Of a stretch of DNA of 64,000 nt, positions 30,499 through 41,323 are shown one piece after another. The position numbers and the translations under genes are program-made. The stretch is taken from assembly GCA_964291215.2 (NCBI GenBank), contig OZ219791.1, positions 2,528,001 to 2,592,000 on the forward strand. Direction: 5' to 3'. Positions within the stretch are counted from its first letter, which is position 1. Every line of letters starts with the position of its first letter. Origin of the DNA: Alphaproteobacteria bacterium. GTDB lineage: Bacteria; Pseudomonadota; Alphaproteobacteria; MPNO01; UBA830. The notes under the pieces are model-generated. The model made no database searches. It worked only from the letters and a program-made list of their open reading frames with translations, and was not told the DNA's origin.

Positions 30499-31643
30499 CG
30501 CTGCTTCTGGAAGTCCGTTGACTAGCCTTCTCCACAGCCACTCGAAGAGCATGAAGACTCGGCAGCGGCGGCTCGTCCGGCTCCGCCGCCAACTCGCCCC
30601 GCTTCCAGCGCCACGCCGCCGTTGCCGGGAATCTCTCCTGCCACCACCGGCGCCACCGCAGGGGGCAGAAGGTACTGTAACTTGATGTCTGGAAATTTGT
30701 CTGAGGTTTGCGCTTTGAGGCGTTTCACTGGGGGGGCTAGCCCCCCAGTGAAGCGCGGCGCCATCGTGCTATCCCATGGAGTTGTAAAACCTTCATGGAG
30801 GAAGCGAATGGACCTGCGACACACTACGACGATCGGGACTGTTTTGGAACATCTGATCGCAAACGGAGCAACGGATCTGGGGCGGGTCTTTGGCCAGCTC
30901 TTCGAGCTTGCGATGCAAATCGAGCGCGAGCAGTACTTGAAAGCGGGCCACCGGACACCGGAGCGACAGGGCTATGCCAACGGCTACAAGCGGATCGACA
31001 CCCCCGCTGTTACCGTTCAGGTGCCAAAGACGGCCGGTCACGGGGACGACCCCCCCCCCAGTCGCTTGAACGCGGCCAGCGATCTTCTCGCGCCGTAGCC
31101 GAGATGTACATCAAGGGTGTTTCCACGCGGCAGGATGTAATGCGCGAGTTCGGGAGCCTGTCCTCTTCTCAGGTCAGCCGGGCCACCAGGTTGCTCGATG
31201 AAGAACTCGCCGCGCAACCGGCCCCTGATGGAATACCTGGATGCGCGCTACGAAAAAGCCCGCCATGACGGCGTTGTGCGCGATGTTGCAGTGCTCTCGG
31301 CCATCGGAATAGGGGCGCTGACGAGCGCAGGCACGTTCTGGGGCTCTCTGTGGCGCTCTCCGAGGCCGAGGTCCGAGCCTTCCTGGAAAGCTTGCTAGCC
31401 CTGCATGGTACGACCTTCATCGTCTCGGATGACCATGCTGGGCTGAAAGCAGCACGACGCGCGGTGCTGGGCGCGGCGATGTGGCAGCGCTGCCAGTTCC
31501 ACCTGGCGCAAAACGCCGTGCAGCACGCACCGAACAACGACATTAGGAAACGTATTGGAAAACAGCTCGGAGCCACGCCTCCTCACTCCAAACCGCCGAG
31601 GCTGAACTGGCCGCCCTCGTGGCCAGCTATCGCGACAAGCACC

Positions 31644-33023
31644 TGTCGCTAACAAGCGATATGTCCGGTGGATGTAACATGCGATCTGTCCGGTTCAGAT
31701 GCTTCATAAATGAGGAAGCCGATGAATCGGACAAGAGTGTTACAGGAATTACGGATTATGAAGTTTGAAGAGTTGTATTCACGAAGGCAGGCGAAGCAGT
31801 TGAGCCAGGAGCAGGCCGCCGAGATTCTTGGTGTATCTGTGCGTTCGGTGCGTCGCTGGGAGGAGCGCTACGAGGCGGAAGGAGCCGAAGGTCTTTATGA
31901 CAAGCGCCTTGGCCGTCTGGCTGGCAACCGCGTTCCGGTCGATACGGTGACGGAGGTTCTTGAGTTGTTCGACACCCGCTACTGGGACTACACGGCCAAG
32001 CATTTCCACGAGAAGCTGGTCAAGGACCACGGGTTCACGCACAGCTACAACTGGGTGCGCCTGACGCTTCAGGCCAACGGCCGGGCGGCCCCGCGCCGCG
32101 GTGCGCATCGCCGCAAGCGTGCTCCGCGGCCGATGGCGGGCATGATGCTGCACCAGGACGGCTCCACTCACGAATGGGTGCCCGGACAGTCGTGGGATCT
32201 GATCGTGACCATGGACGATGCCACCAGCGAGAGCTACTCGGCCTTCTTCGTCCCCGAAGAGGGCACGATGAGCACCTTTCAGGGCATCCAGGAGGTGATC
32301 GAGGCCAAGGGCCTGTTCTGTTCGCTTTACGCCGATCGGGGGTCGCACTACTGGCACACAGCCGGCGGCAAGGTCGACAAGGACAACCTGACCCAGGTGG
32401 GCCGGGCGCTCCAGCAGCTCCGCATCGAACTGATCCCCGCCTATTCGCCTGAGGCGCGCGGCCGCTCGGAGCGCATGTTCGGCACACTGCAGAAGCGTCT
32501 GCCGCAGGAATTGCGTACACAGGGCATCGAGACGATGGACGAAGCCAATCTCTTCCTCAAGGATGTCTTCCTGCCCGATCACAACGCCCGGTTCATGCGC
32601 AAGCCGGAAGATGGGGGATCGGCTTTCATGGACTTCGCCGGCAACGTTGGCGACATCCTGTGCGTGCAGGAAGACCGCGTCGTCGGCAACGACAATACGG
32701 TGCGCTACAAGGGACGCGTGCTGCAGATCGCGAGCCACCGCCACCATTTCGTCAAGGCGCGCGTCAGGGTGCACGAATATCCTGACGCCTCGCTGGCCGT
32801 GTTCCACGGCCCCATGTGCATCGGCCGGTATCAGTCTGACGGCCAACCGGCCGGGAAGGAGAAAACGATCGAGAAGGCTGCGTGAACCGCTTCGGCGCGG
32901 GCCGAACGCAGCCGGTCAAGCCTGCGGTCGCTACCGCTCCCTTCGGCTTGACCGGCTGCGCCACCAACAGAAGCGGACAAACCGCATGGTACCTAGACCG
33001 GACAACTCAGAATGTTGTCGACA
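31644..33023 (+). mobile_element. IS1202-family (IS481-related, formerly ISNCY) element with 17-bp TSD
   Basis: TGTCG...CGACA ends with internally repeated TGTCCG; direct repeat CTATCGCGACAAGCACC at 31627-31643 and 33024-33040. Confidence 0.88.
31710..32885 (+). CDS. IS1202/IS481-like DDE transposase
   Basis: HTH (QAAEILGVSVRSVRRW), MLHQDGS, MDDAT, YADRGSHY, SPEARGRSERMFGTLQ; open 391 aa. Confidence 0.88.
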   Translation: MRKPMNRTRVLQELRIMKFEELYSRRQAKQLSQEQAAEILGVSVRSVRRWEERYEAEGAEGLYDKRLGRLAGNRVPVDTVTEVLELFDTRYWDYTAKHFHEKLVKDHGFTHSYNWVRLTLQANGRAAPRRGAHRRKRAPRPMAGMMLHQDGSTHEWVPGQSWDLIVTMDDATSESYSAFFVPEEGTMSTFQGIQEVIEAKGLFCSLYADRGSHYWHTAGGKVDKDNLTQVGRALQQLRIELIPAYSPEARGRSERMFGTLQKRLPQELRTQGIETMDEANLFLKDVFLPDHNARFMRKPEDGGSAFMDFAGNVGDILCVQEDRVVGNDNTVRYKGRVLQIASHRHHFVKARVRVHEYPDASLAVFHGPMCIGRYQSDGQPAGKEKTIEKAA

Positions 33024-34268
33024 CTATCGCGACAAGCACCCAGGCTTCGCAGACTGGCTGGAAAACAATGCGGGGCTCGCTGTCTTCACCTTGCCCGATG
33101 CTCACCGCAAGCGCATGCGAACCTCGAACGGCATCGAGCTCCAGCAAGAACTCAAGCGGCGCACCTCCAAAGTCAGGGTCTTTCCAAACCTTGCCTCGTT
33201 GGAGCGCCTCTCAACCGCGGTCCTCGTCGAGATCGACGAAAAATGGGAAACCGAAACCAAGGCATACATCAAATGGGGTATCTACTCACCCCTAGTTGGG
33301 TTCTGATTGGTCGTAGTGCTCGTTGATGATGTCTGCGGCTTTTCCGTCGAGGGCGATCTGGGTGGCGACGAGTGGGTTGTAGCCGAGTGCGGCCATGGAG
33401 GTGAGGTAGCTTGAGCCTCGGCACCATGCTTTTGCGTGGAGCGGAAGCATCCGGACACCTTGACCTTTGCCATCCTGATCTTCTGTTCTCCGGCATTGTT
33501 GGTGAAGCTGACGTCGGGGTTGTCTGTGAAGCGCAGGTTTTCGTGTTTCACGAGACGCAGGTTGTGCGCGTTTGCGATGCGTTTTCTTTTCGTCGGCGGC
33601 GGGATGTCGGGCAGTTCCTTGGCGCCCTGATGGTACGGTAGCGCTTGCGCACGGCCCGGCGTCGTTCAGGGTCTTGGATGCGCTCTTGTTGACCTTGTGG
33701 CAGACTTCGCGGAGCAGGCTCTTCATCAGTCGCGCCCAGCGGTAGCCTCGACGACGAAGGTCAGTTCGCGCAGCAGGTGGCTGCCGCACAACTGGTGGCT
33801 ACACTGGCCCATGTACGAGGCCCAGCAGTCCAGGACGCCCTTGTAGCACGGGATGATGCCGATCTCTTGCCTCCCGGCCGCGCTTGCGGTGCGGGAACTT
33901 GCACGTCAGGGTTCCGACGACATGGAGCCACTTACTGTTGGTCCGAAATCGTCGACATGCAGGGCCGGGCGTTGCAGGAGGTGCGCCACGGCGGCCTCCG
34001 ACGCGAGCGCATCGTGAAAGCATAGCCGAGGCAGGTTGCCTCGGAGAGCCTGATGCCGGAGGTCGCCTGCACGAGCGCGACGGCACGACGCAGGGACAGC
34101 ATCTGGGCGACCAGCAGGTTGATGACGAGGGCCTGGATGCCGATGCCGTACTGCACGGGATGTTGTCGGGGAACCGGCCCCGGGCCTTGCACTTCGGGCA
34201 TTCCTTGATCTCGGCGCGGCGCTCGACGACCTCGAACACAATGTCATAGAGGACGCGGCGCTCCCGAT

Positions 34269-35741
34269 CGATTACGCAACCTGATGTCTGGAAATTGTCG
34301 TGAAGCTGATCGAGCTGTTCCCATTTGATGTATGCCTTGGTTTCGGTTTCCCATTTTTCGTCGATCTCGACGAGGACCGCGGTTGAGAGGCGCTCCAACG
34401 AGGCAAGGTTTGGAAAGACCCTGACTTTGGAGGTGCGCCGCTTGAGTTCTTGCTAGAGCTCGATGCCGTTCGAGGTTCGCATGCGCTTGCGGTGAGCATC
34501 GGGCAAGGTGAAGACAGCGAGCCCCGCATTGTTTTCCAGCCAGTCTGCGAAGCTTGGGTGCTTGTCGCGATAGCTGGCCACGAGGGCGCCCAGTTCGGCC
34601 TCGGCGGTTTGGAGTGAGGAGGCGTGGCTCCGAGCTGTTTTCCAATACGTTTCCTGATGTCGTTGTTCGGTGCGTGCTGCACGGCGTTTTGCGCCAGGTG
34701 GAACTGGCAGCGCTGCCACATCGCCGCGCCCAGCACCGCGCGTCGTGCCGCTTTCAACCCGGCATCCGAGACGATGAAGGTCGTACCATGCAGGGCTAGC
34801 AAGCTTTCCAGGAAGGCTCGGACCTCGGCCTCGGAGAGCGCCACAGAGAGCCCCAGAACGTGCCTGCAGCCCCTATTCCGATGGCCGAGAGCGCTGCAAC
34901 ATCGCGCACAACGCCGTCATGGCGGGCTTTTTCGTAGCGCGCATCCAGGATCAGGTATTTCATCAGGGGCCGGTTGCGCCAGGCGGCGAGTTCTTCGTCG
35001 AGCAACCTGGTGGCCCGGCTGACCTGAGAAGAGGACAGGCTCCCGAACTCGCGCATCACATCTTCGGCCAGGGCTCTTCTTTTTCCCGGTTTCGTCCGAC
35101 GAGGGGGCGTTGTAGGCAGATCTGGAGGTCCATTCAGGAGCGGACTTCGTTGTCGATATGCCGGTTTCGATCTTGAGACGGTGCCACCAACTTCAAGAAC
35201 GGCCACTCTGACACGGTTGTCTGCCGCCGACCGCGACAACAGAATGGTCCTGCATCTTCGGCCTGCCGTGTGGAAACACCCTTGATGTACATCTCGGCTA
35301 CGGCCACGGCGCGAGAAGATCGCTGGCCGCGTTCAAGCGACTGGGGATAGAACGGGTCGTCCCCGTGACCGGCCGTCTTTGGCACTTGAACGGTAACAGT
35401 CCCGACGGGGGTGTCGATCCGCTTGTAGCCGTTGGCATAGCCCTGTCGCTCCGGTGTCCGGTGGCCCGCTTTCAAGTGCTGCTCGCGCTCGATTTGCATC
35501 GCAAGCTCGAAGAGCTGGCAAAAAACCCGCCCTAGATCCGTTGCTCCGTTTGCGATCAGATGTTCCAAAACAGTCCCGATCGTCGTAGTGTGTCGCAGGT
35601 CCATTCGCTTCCTCCATGAAGGTTTTACAACTCCATGGGATAGCACGATGGCGCCGCGTTTCACTGGGGGGCTAGCCCCCCAGTGAAACGCCTCAAAGCG
35701 CAAACCTCAGACAAATTTCCAGACATCAAGTTACAGTACCC
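34269..35741 (-). mobile_element. IS256-family element copy 3 (degenerate; contains a MITE)
   Basis: Both IRs present; near-identical to copy 2 in reverse orientation. Confidence 0.87.
35069..35252. mobile_element. 184-bp MITE with CAGG ends and 10-bp TSD
   Basis: Ends CAGGGCTCTTCT / AGAATGGTCCTG; TSD CATCTTCGGC (35059-35068, 35253-35262); absent from the other IS256 copies. Confidence 0.8.
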
Positions 35742-36455
35742 CTATCCCCCTATCCGACGGGGTCGACGCCGTCGGCGCCGCAGGCGTCGCAGGCATCGAC
35801 CGCCTCCTCGACGATGGTCTTGCGCAGGTTGTCGCCCATCTGCTGGTTTGGCTTCGGGCCTTTGCCGTTGCTCCCGGCACGCCTCGCGCTCTTGTCCGTC
35901 TGTGACGGCGGCAGACCGGAGTTCCGGCTCGTTTTGCGCGTGGTCTTCTCCAGAAGGACGACGATGAGGATGTCGAGCAGGAGGACGCGGATCACGGCCT
36001 CTTTCGGCACCTTGCCGGCCGCACGCAGCGCCGCGACCTTGGCCGCTTCGAACTCCTCGCGCGCCGCGTTGACCGTCGCCATCACCCGGCCTCGACGGTC
36101 GCCGCGAGCATCGCCTGGCGCTCGCTCGGCGGCATCTTCCGGTACTCCGCCGCCCGGCCTTGCGCTTCATCAGCGCGCCGCCTCCGAGATGCGTTTCCAG
36201 ATACAGATCATGCGGGGGCTGGAGCCCCGGAAGCAGCTGGCACAGCCCGCTCGTCGCCTTCGATCCAAAGTAGCCCACTGGCGATCCCCGTCGCTCTCGA
36301 TGACCACCACAAAACGAATCGGGTGTCAAATTTCCACGAAAACCCGTTCGTTGCTCTACCCCGACATCAAGCCGGAACCAGGGGGTGAGCAGTTACCAAA
36401 TGGGAACAGCTCGATCAGCTTCACGACAATTTCCAGACATCAGGTTGCGTAATCT

Positions 36456-36698
36456 CACGAGGGAGGACATCACGGCGCTCTGCGCCCTGGCCGCCCATTC
36501 AAGCTTCCCCGGGCACCGCCGGACATGACCATCATGAGTTTCGTCGCGCTCACCGGCGGGCTGCCCGGGACACAGAAGCTATGGGAGGGCGTCAGGTTCC
36601 TGTCTCAGGCCGTCATCGGCATTCGGGCCAAGGAGGGCTGGGACGAGAACCACTCGGAAGGAGATGAAGACACGGAGTTAAGTATGTTAGATTGATAG
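36456..36698 (+). pseudogene. 3' remnant of an IS4 (Tn5-like) transposase with its end
   Basis: LPGTQKLWEG matches MPGTHKLWEG of 49317-51496; terminal ...ATTGATAG resembles ...ATTGAAAG. Confidence 0.6.
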
Positions 36699-37185
36699 GC
36701 CCGAGACCATCGCCTGACACGGCAGCCCCTTGAGCAGTTCAAGGAGTTCGACATGGTCGGAATCGGTGCAGTCGTGGCGGCACCGCCGGCCCGACCGGCG
36801 AGTCGCCTGCAGGTACGGCGGGTCGCTGCAGACCAGTTCCGTGCCCCGGAACGCAAAGCCGGCCAGGAACGCGTGGGCGCAGCCAGTTTCACCGGATAGT
36901 CGCACCCGAACCCGTCCGGCGCTCCCGGTCGAACACGGCGCCGGCGCCTTGTGCTTCATCAGCGCGCCGCCTCCCGGATGCGTTTCCACATACAGATCAT
37001 GCGGGGGCCGAAGCCCCGAAAGCAGCTGACACAGCCCGCTCGTCGCCCTGGATCCAGAGTAGCCCATCGGTGGCCCCCGTCGTTCTCGATGACCGTCACT
37101 GAACGAATCGGGTGTCAAATCTCCACGAAAACCCGTTCGTTGCTCTACCTCGACATCAAGCCGGAACCAGGGGGTGAGCGGTTAC
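36699..37185 (-). mobile_element. Left part of an IS66-like element carrying a Dam-like DNA adenine methyltransferase pseudogene (ATG 37067)
   Basis: Left end GTAACCGCTCACCCC; MGYSGSRATSGL..PPHDLYVETHPGGGA (motifs X/I) and SDPPY (motif IV), DHVELLELLKGLPCQAMVSG. Confidence 0.75.
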
Positions 37186-37474
37186 CCCAGAATAAGGGGT
37201 GAGCAGCTACGAGAGATCTAGCGTATTGCGCGACATTCCGGTCGTGGGGCGCTGGGTCAGAATCCGTATGAGGGGCGAACTCGTGATCCTCGGGAACTCA
37301 CAATAAAGACCGCTGTGTGGTACACACCGTTATCCTCCATATTCTCTTACCGGTCGCACAGACGACGAGTCGCAGTGTCCATTCATCGAACTGTATGCTT
37401 GAGTCCGTATCGGGGTTCCTGACAAAGTGGTCCGGTGCCGTACTGACCTATCGTGATCCAGCGGCCGCCCGGTC

Positions 37475-37870
37475 TCAGCCCGTCGCCGGTTCGGGTATGT
37501 GGCACGCCGCCTGAAGCTTGTTGCCGTCGAGATCGCGAACATATGCGCCGTAGTAATGTTCGTGATACTGCGGGCGCGGGCCGGGTGGTCCCTCGTCCGT
37601 GCCGCCGTTGGCCAGCGCCGCCGCGTGAAACGCGTCGACCTGCGCGCGCGATGGCGCCGCGAAGGCGACATGGACGCCGTTGCCGATGGTGGCCGGATTG
37701 CCGTCGAAGGGCCTGAGGACGAAGAACCAGTCGAGGCCCTCGCCTTGGTAGCCCAGAAGCGCCCCCTCGCGCGTCAGCCTGCGTTCGATCCCGAGCGTGG
37801 CGAGCACGGCGTCGTAGAACTCTGCGGCGCGCTGCAGATCGTTGGAGCCGATAGTGATATGGCTGTACAT
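37475..37870 (-). CDS. VOC/glyoxalase family protein
   Basis: YSHITIGSNDL, GNGVHVAF, YYGAYVRDLDGNKLQA. Confidence 0.88.
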   Translation of the reverse strand: MYSHITIGSNDLQRAAEFYDAVLATLGIERRLTREGALLGYQGEGLDWFFVLRPFDGNPATIGNGVHVAFAAPSRAQVDAFHAAALANGGTDEGPPGPRPQYHEHYYGAYVRDLDGNKLQAACHIPEPATG

Positions 37871-37893
37871 GAGCCTCTCCCGCGCGGCGGCGG

Positions 37894-38661
37894 TCAGTGC
37901 ACGTTGCTCCAGATGCGTCGCTTGGCGACATAGAGGAGGCCGGTCAGGAGCAGCAGGAACAGGATCACCTTGATGCCCATGCGCTTGCGCTCTTCCAGTT
38001 CGGGCTCGGCTGCCCAGGCAAGGAACATCGTGACGTCGCGGGCCTGCTGGGCTACGCTTGCTTTCGTCTTGTCGGCATACTCGACCCCATCTTCGGACAG
38101 CGGCGATGGCATGGCGATCATGTTGCCCGCGAAATGCTTATTGTAGCTCATGCCCTCCGGAACGTCCATCCCGGACGGCGCCTCGGCATATCCCGTCAAC
38201 ACGGCATACACATAGTCGGTCCCACCGAGTGTCGCCTTGGTCATCAGCGACAGGTCCGGCGGCAACGCGCCATTGTTCGCCGCGCGCGCCTCCTCGTCGT
38301 TTGCGAAGGGCGACTTGAATCGGTCGGAGGGTTTTCCGGGCCGCTCGAACATCTCGCCTTCGTCGTTCGGTCCGTCCTCGACATCGACCGTGGCCGCGAT
38401 CGCCTTGACGTCGTCCTCGGAGAAGCCGATTTCGGTCAGGTTGCGATACGCAACCAAGCGCAGTCCGTGGCAGACGGCGCACACCTCCTTGTAGACGACG
38501 AAGCCGCGCTGCAGGGACGGACGGTCGAAGGCACCGAACAGGCCCTGGAACGACCAGTACTGCTTTGGCGCCTCAGGGGCCTCGGCTGCGGATGCGGGTG
38601 TGGTCAGCGAAAGCGCAACGGCGGCTGCGCATGCCGCCAGCGGGGCCTTGAACGCCCTCAT
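37894..38661 (-). CDS. petC: Cytochrome c1
   Basis: Signal peptide, [33 protein letters not shown]-terminal TM; ATG 38661 overlaps the petB stop. Confidence 0.95.
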   Translation of the reverse strand: MRAFKAPLAACAAAVALSLTTPASAAEAPEAPKQYWSFQGLFGAFDRPSLQRGFVVYKEVCAVCHGLRLVAYRNLTEIGFSEDDVKAIAATVDVEDGPNDEGEMFERPGKPSDRFKSPFANDEEARAANNGALPPDLSLMTKATLGGTDYVYAVLTGYAEAPSGMDVPEGMSYNKHFAGNMIAMPSPLSEDGVEYADKTKASVAQQARDVTMFLAWAAEPELEERKRMGIKVILFLLLLTGLLYVAKRRIWSNVH

Positions 38662-39968
38662 TGCGCCCGCTCCGCGGCGGCGGCCGCGCCTCCTCCGAGC
38701 ACCGGCCCGGAAATGCTGGTGGGCACCGGTCTCGGTTTTTCGAGGATGCCGAGAAGCGGAATGATCACCAGGAAGTAGAGGAAGTAGAACGCCGTCGCGA
38801 TCCGGCCAATGATCACGAAATACCCCTCGGCCGGATTGGCGCCGACCCAGCCCAGCACCGCGCAGTCGATCACGAACAGCCAGAAGAACTGCCGGAACAG
38901 GGGGCGGAAGCGCGACGACCGCACCGGGGAACGGTCGAGCCACGGGAGAAGGAACAGCACGCCGATGGAGCCGAACATCGCCAGCACCCCGGCGAGCTTG
39001 GCGTCGAAGATGACGAACCCCATCCAGTTCGTCACCCAGCCGCCGATGAAGTTATCCGGGACTGCGCGCAGGATCGCATAGAACGGCAGGAAGTACCATT
39101 CCGGCACGATATGCGGCGGCGTCGCGAGCGGGTTGGCCGGCAGGTAGTTGTCGGGTTCGCCGAAGAAGTTGGGCGCGAAGAAAATGAACCCGGCAAACAC
39201 GATGAGGAACACCCCGAGCCCGAACGTGTCCTTGATCGTGTAGTAGGGATGGAACGGGATGACGTCCTGGTCTCCCTTGGTGTCGATGCCGACCGGGTTG
39301 TTGGAACCATGGACATGCAACGCCCAGATGTGGAGGACGACGATGCCGACCAGCACGAACGGCAGGAGATAGTGGAGGCTGTAGAACCGGTTTAGGGTCG
39401 GGTTGTCGACCGCGAAGCCACCCCACAGCAGGGTGACCAACCAGTCACCGATGCCCCACGGTATCGCGGAGAACAGGTTGGTGATGACGGTTGCGCCCCA
39501 GAAGCTCATCTGGCCCCAAGGCAGCACATAGCCCATGAAGGCCGTCGCCATCATGAGCAGCAGGATGACGACGCCGAGTATCCACAGGAGTTCGCGCGGC
39601 GCCTTGTAGGATCCGAAATACAGCCCGCGGAAGATGTGGATGTAGACCACGACGAAGAACGCCGAAGCGCCGTTCATGTGGATGTACCTGATCAGCCACC
39701 CGTAGTTGACGTCACGCATAATGCGTTCGACCGAATCGAACGCGTGGTCCGTGTGCGGAACGTAGTGCATCGCGAGCGTGACCCCGCTCACGATCATGAT
39801 GACGAGGATAGTTCCGGCAAGTGATCCGAAGTTCCACCAGTAGTTCAGGTTCCTGGGCGTCGGATACTCGTAGAGCTCGTGGCTCACGAAGGAAAAAACA
39901 GGAAGCCGGTGATCGACCCACCGGACCAGCGGATTCTCGAGCCACGCGGGTTTGCTGAACTGTGCCAT
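38658..39968 (-). CDS. petB: Cytochrome b
   Basis: [40 protein letters not shown]. Confidence 0.97.
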   Translation of the reverse strand: MAQFSKPAWLENPLVRWVDHRLPVFSFVSHELYEYPTPRNLNYWWNFGSLAGTILVIMIVSGVTLAMHYVPHTDHAFDSVERIMRDVNYGWLIRYIHMNGASAFFVVVYIHIFRGLYFGSYKAPRELLWILGVVILLLMMATAFMGYVLPWGQMSFWGATVITNLFSAIPWGIGDWLVTLLWGGFAVDNPTLNRFYSLHYLLPFVLVGIVVLHIWALHVHGSNNPVGIDTKGDQDVIPFHPYYTIKDTFGLGVFLIVFAGFIFFAPNFFGEPDNYLPANPLATPPHIVPEWYFLPFYAILRAVPDNFIGGWVTNWMGFVIFDAKLAGVLAMFGSIGVLFLLPWLDRSPVRSSRFRPLFRQFFWLFVIDCAVLGWVGANPAEGYFVIIGRIATAFYFLYFLVIIPLLGILEKPRPVPTSISGPVLGGGAAAAAERAQ

Positions 39969-39979
39969 GTCCGTAGTCC

Positions 39980-40546
39980 TCAGCCGATCCGCACGACATT
40001 GTCGTCAAGGAAGGTGTATTGCGGGACTTCTAGATTCTCGGGCGCGGGGCCCTTGCGGATGCGTCCCGACGTGTCGTAGTGGGACCCATGGCAGGGGCAG
40101 AACCAGCCGTTGAAGTCGCCGCGCGTTTCACTCGCGCCGGTGCCGAGCGGTATGCAGCCGAGATGAGTGCAGACGCCGACGAGAATGAGCCACCGAGGCT
40201 TCTGCACGCGGTCCGAATCCCTCTCGGGGTCGATCAGTTCGTCGGCCGGGGCGGCCTCGGCGGCATCGATCTCGGCCTTCGTGCGATGGCGGATGAAGAC
40301 CGGCTTGCCACGCCACTTGACCTTGATCGCCTGTCCTTCCTCGACGGCCGAGAGATCGACCTCGATCGAGGCGAGGGCAAGGGTGTCTGCTGCCGGGTTC
40401 ATCTGGTCGATAAACGGCCAGGCAACGGCTCCGACGCCGACCGCGCCGAACACGCCGGTCGCGATCTGGATGAAATCCCGCCGGCTCTCTCCCTCTTCGG
40501 TTTCCCCGTGGCCGCCGGTCGTTGCCATGCTGTCGGATTCAGCCAT
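39980..40546 (-). CDS. petA: Rieske iron-sulfur subunit of the bc1 complex
   Basis: Tat motif SRRDFI, CTHLGC, CPCHGS. Confidence 0.97.
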   Translation of the reverse strand: MAESDSMATTGGHGETEEGESRRDFIQIATGVFGAVGVGAVAWPFIDQMNPAADTLALASIEVDLSAVEEGQAIKVKWRGKPVFIRHRTKAEIDAAEAAPADELIDPERDSDRVQKPRWLILVGVCTHLGCIPLGTGASETRGDFNGWFCPCHGSHYDTSGRIRKGPAPENLEVPQYTFLDDNVVRIG

Positions 40547-40806
40547 TCTTCGTGCCTTCTTGCTGTGCCAGTCCCAACTGCGGTTCCGCAGGAGGTGTGG
40601 ATCCCCGAAGATCTGTGTGGAACGTCGACGGCCTGTCCGGACCGACAGCGCCGCAAAACCGGTCAGTCGGCACCGGAGCGCAGGGCGCTCGCCGACCGTC
40701 CATGTTCACCAACACAACGCGCCTGTTCCTGAGGGAGATATAATCCAAATCGGGCCTCCTGCAAAGCCGCCATCGCCGCGCGCGACCGGCCGGCGCATTC
40801 GTCTGT

Positions 40807-41241
40807 TCAGAGCGCTTGCGTCATCCGCACATGCGGAATGCCCGCTTCCTCGAACTCGTCGCCCTCCTGCAGGAACCCCAACTTCTCGTAGAATTTGCTG
40901 GCGTGGGTCTGGGAATCGAGCAGCGCGACGCTGTGCCCGTCCTCGCGTGCGTCGGCGAAGGCGCGGGCCATCAGGGCGCGCCCGATGTCGCGGCCGCGAA
41001 ACGCCTTGAGGACGGCGATTCGCTCGAATTTGACGACGCCGTTTTCCAGAGGACGGGTACGGGCCGTACCGATGACCGTCCCGCCCTGGCGGGCGAGGTA
41101 GTGGCGGCATACGGCATCAAGCCCATCGAACTCGATTTCGCGGCTGACCTTCTGCTCGTCGCAGAACACCGTGATACGAATGCTGTAGCACGCTTCGCGG
41201 TCGTCGTCCGACACCGCTTCCGAAATCACCAGATCAGCCAT
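40807..41241 (-). CDS. GNAT acetyltransferase (ElaA/YjcF-like)
   Basis: IRITVFCDEQKV, RGRDIGRAL, FYEKLGF, FEEAGIPH; start ATG 41241. Confidence 0.85.
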   Translation of the reverse strand: MADLVISEAVSDDDREACYSIRITVFCDEQKVSREIEFDGLDAVCRHYLARQGGTVIGTARTRPLENGVVKFERIAVLKAFRGRDIGRALMARAFADAREDGHSVALLDSQTHASKFYEKLGFLQEGDEFEEAGIPHVRMTQAL

Positions 41242-41323
41242 GGCGTCTTCTATCCCAGCCGGTCCCGGGAGATCAAGACCGGCTGGCGGTTCCCGAGACC
41301 CCGGGAACTGGCCGGTTGCAGGA

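Larger units (their letters stand above)
33278..36396 (-). mobile_element. IS66-like element copy 3 (contains IS256 copy 3)
   Basis: Same ends as copies 1 and 2; 8-bp TSD CAAATGGG (33270-33277, 36397-36404). Confidence 0.9.
30670..36455 (+). mobile_element. IS256-family element copy 2 (hosts IS1202-like and IS66-like insertions)
   Basis: Left IR GGTACTGTAACTTGATGTCTGGAAATTTGTC, right IR GACAATTTCCAGACATCAGGTTGCGTAATC; transposase in pieces 30808-31643, 33041-33277, 36405-36454. Confidence 0.85.

Noticed and set aside
30500-30669. Possible transposase tail after the recombinase
   Set aside because: Too short and degenerate to assign a family.
35740-35755. CCCTATCC tandem at the IS256 copy 3 junction as a TSD
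   Set aside because: It does not match the opposite flank (CTCCCGATC); origin unresolved.
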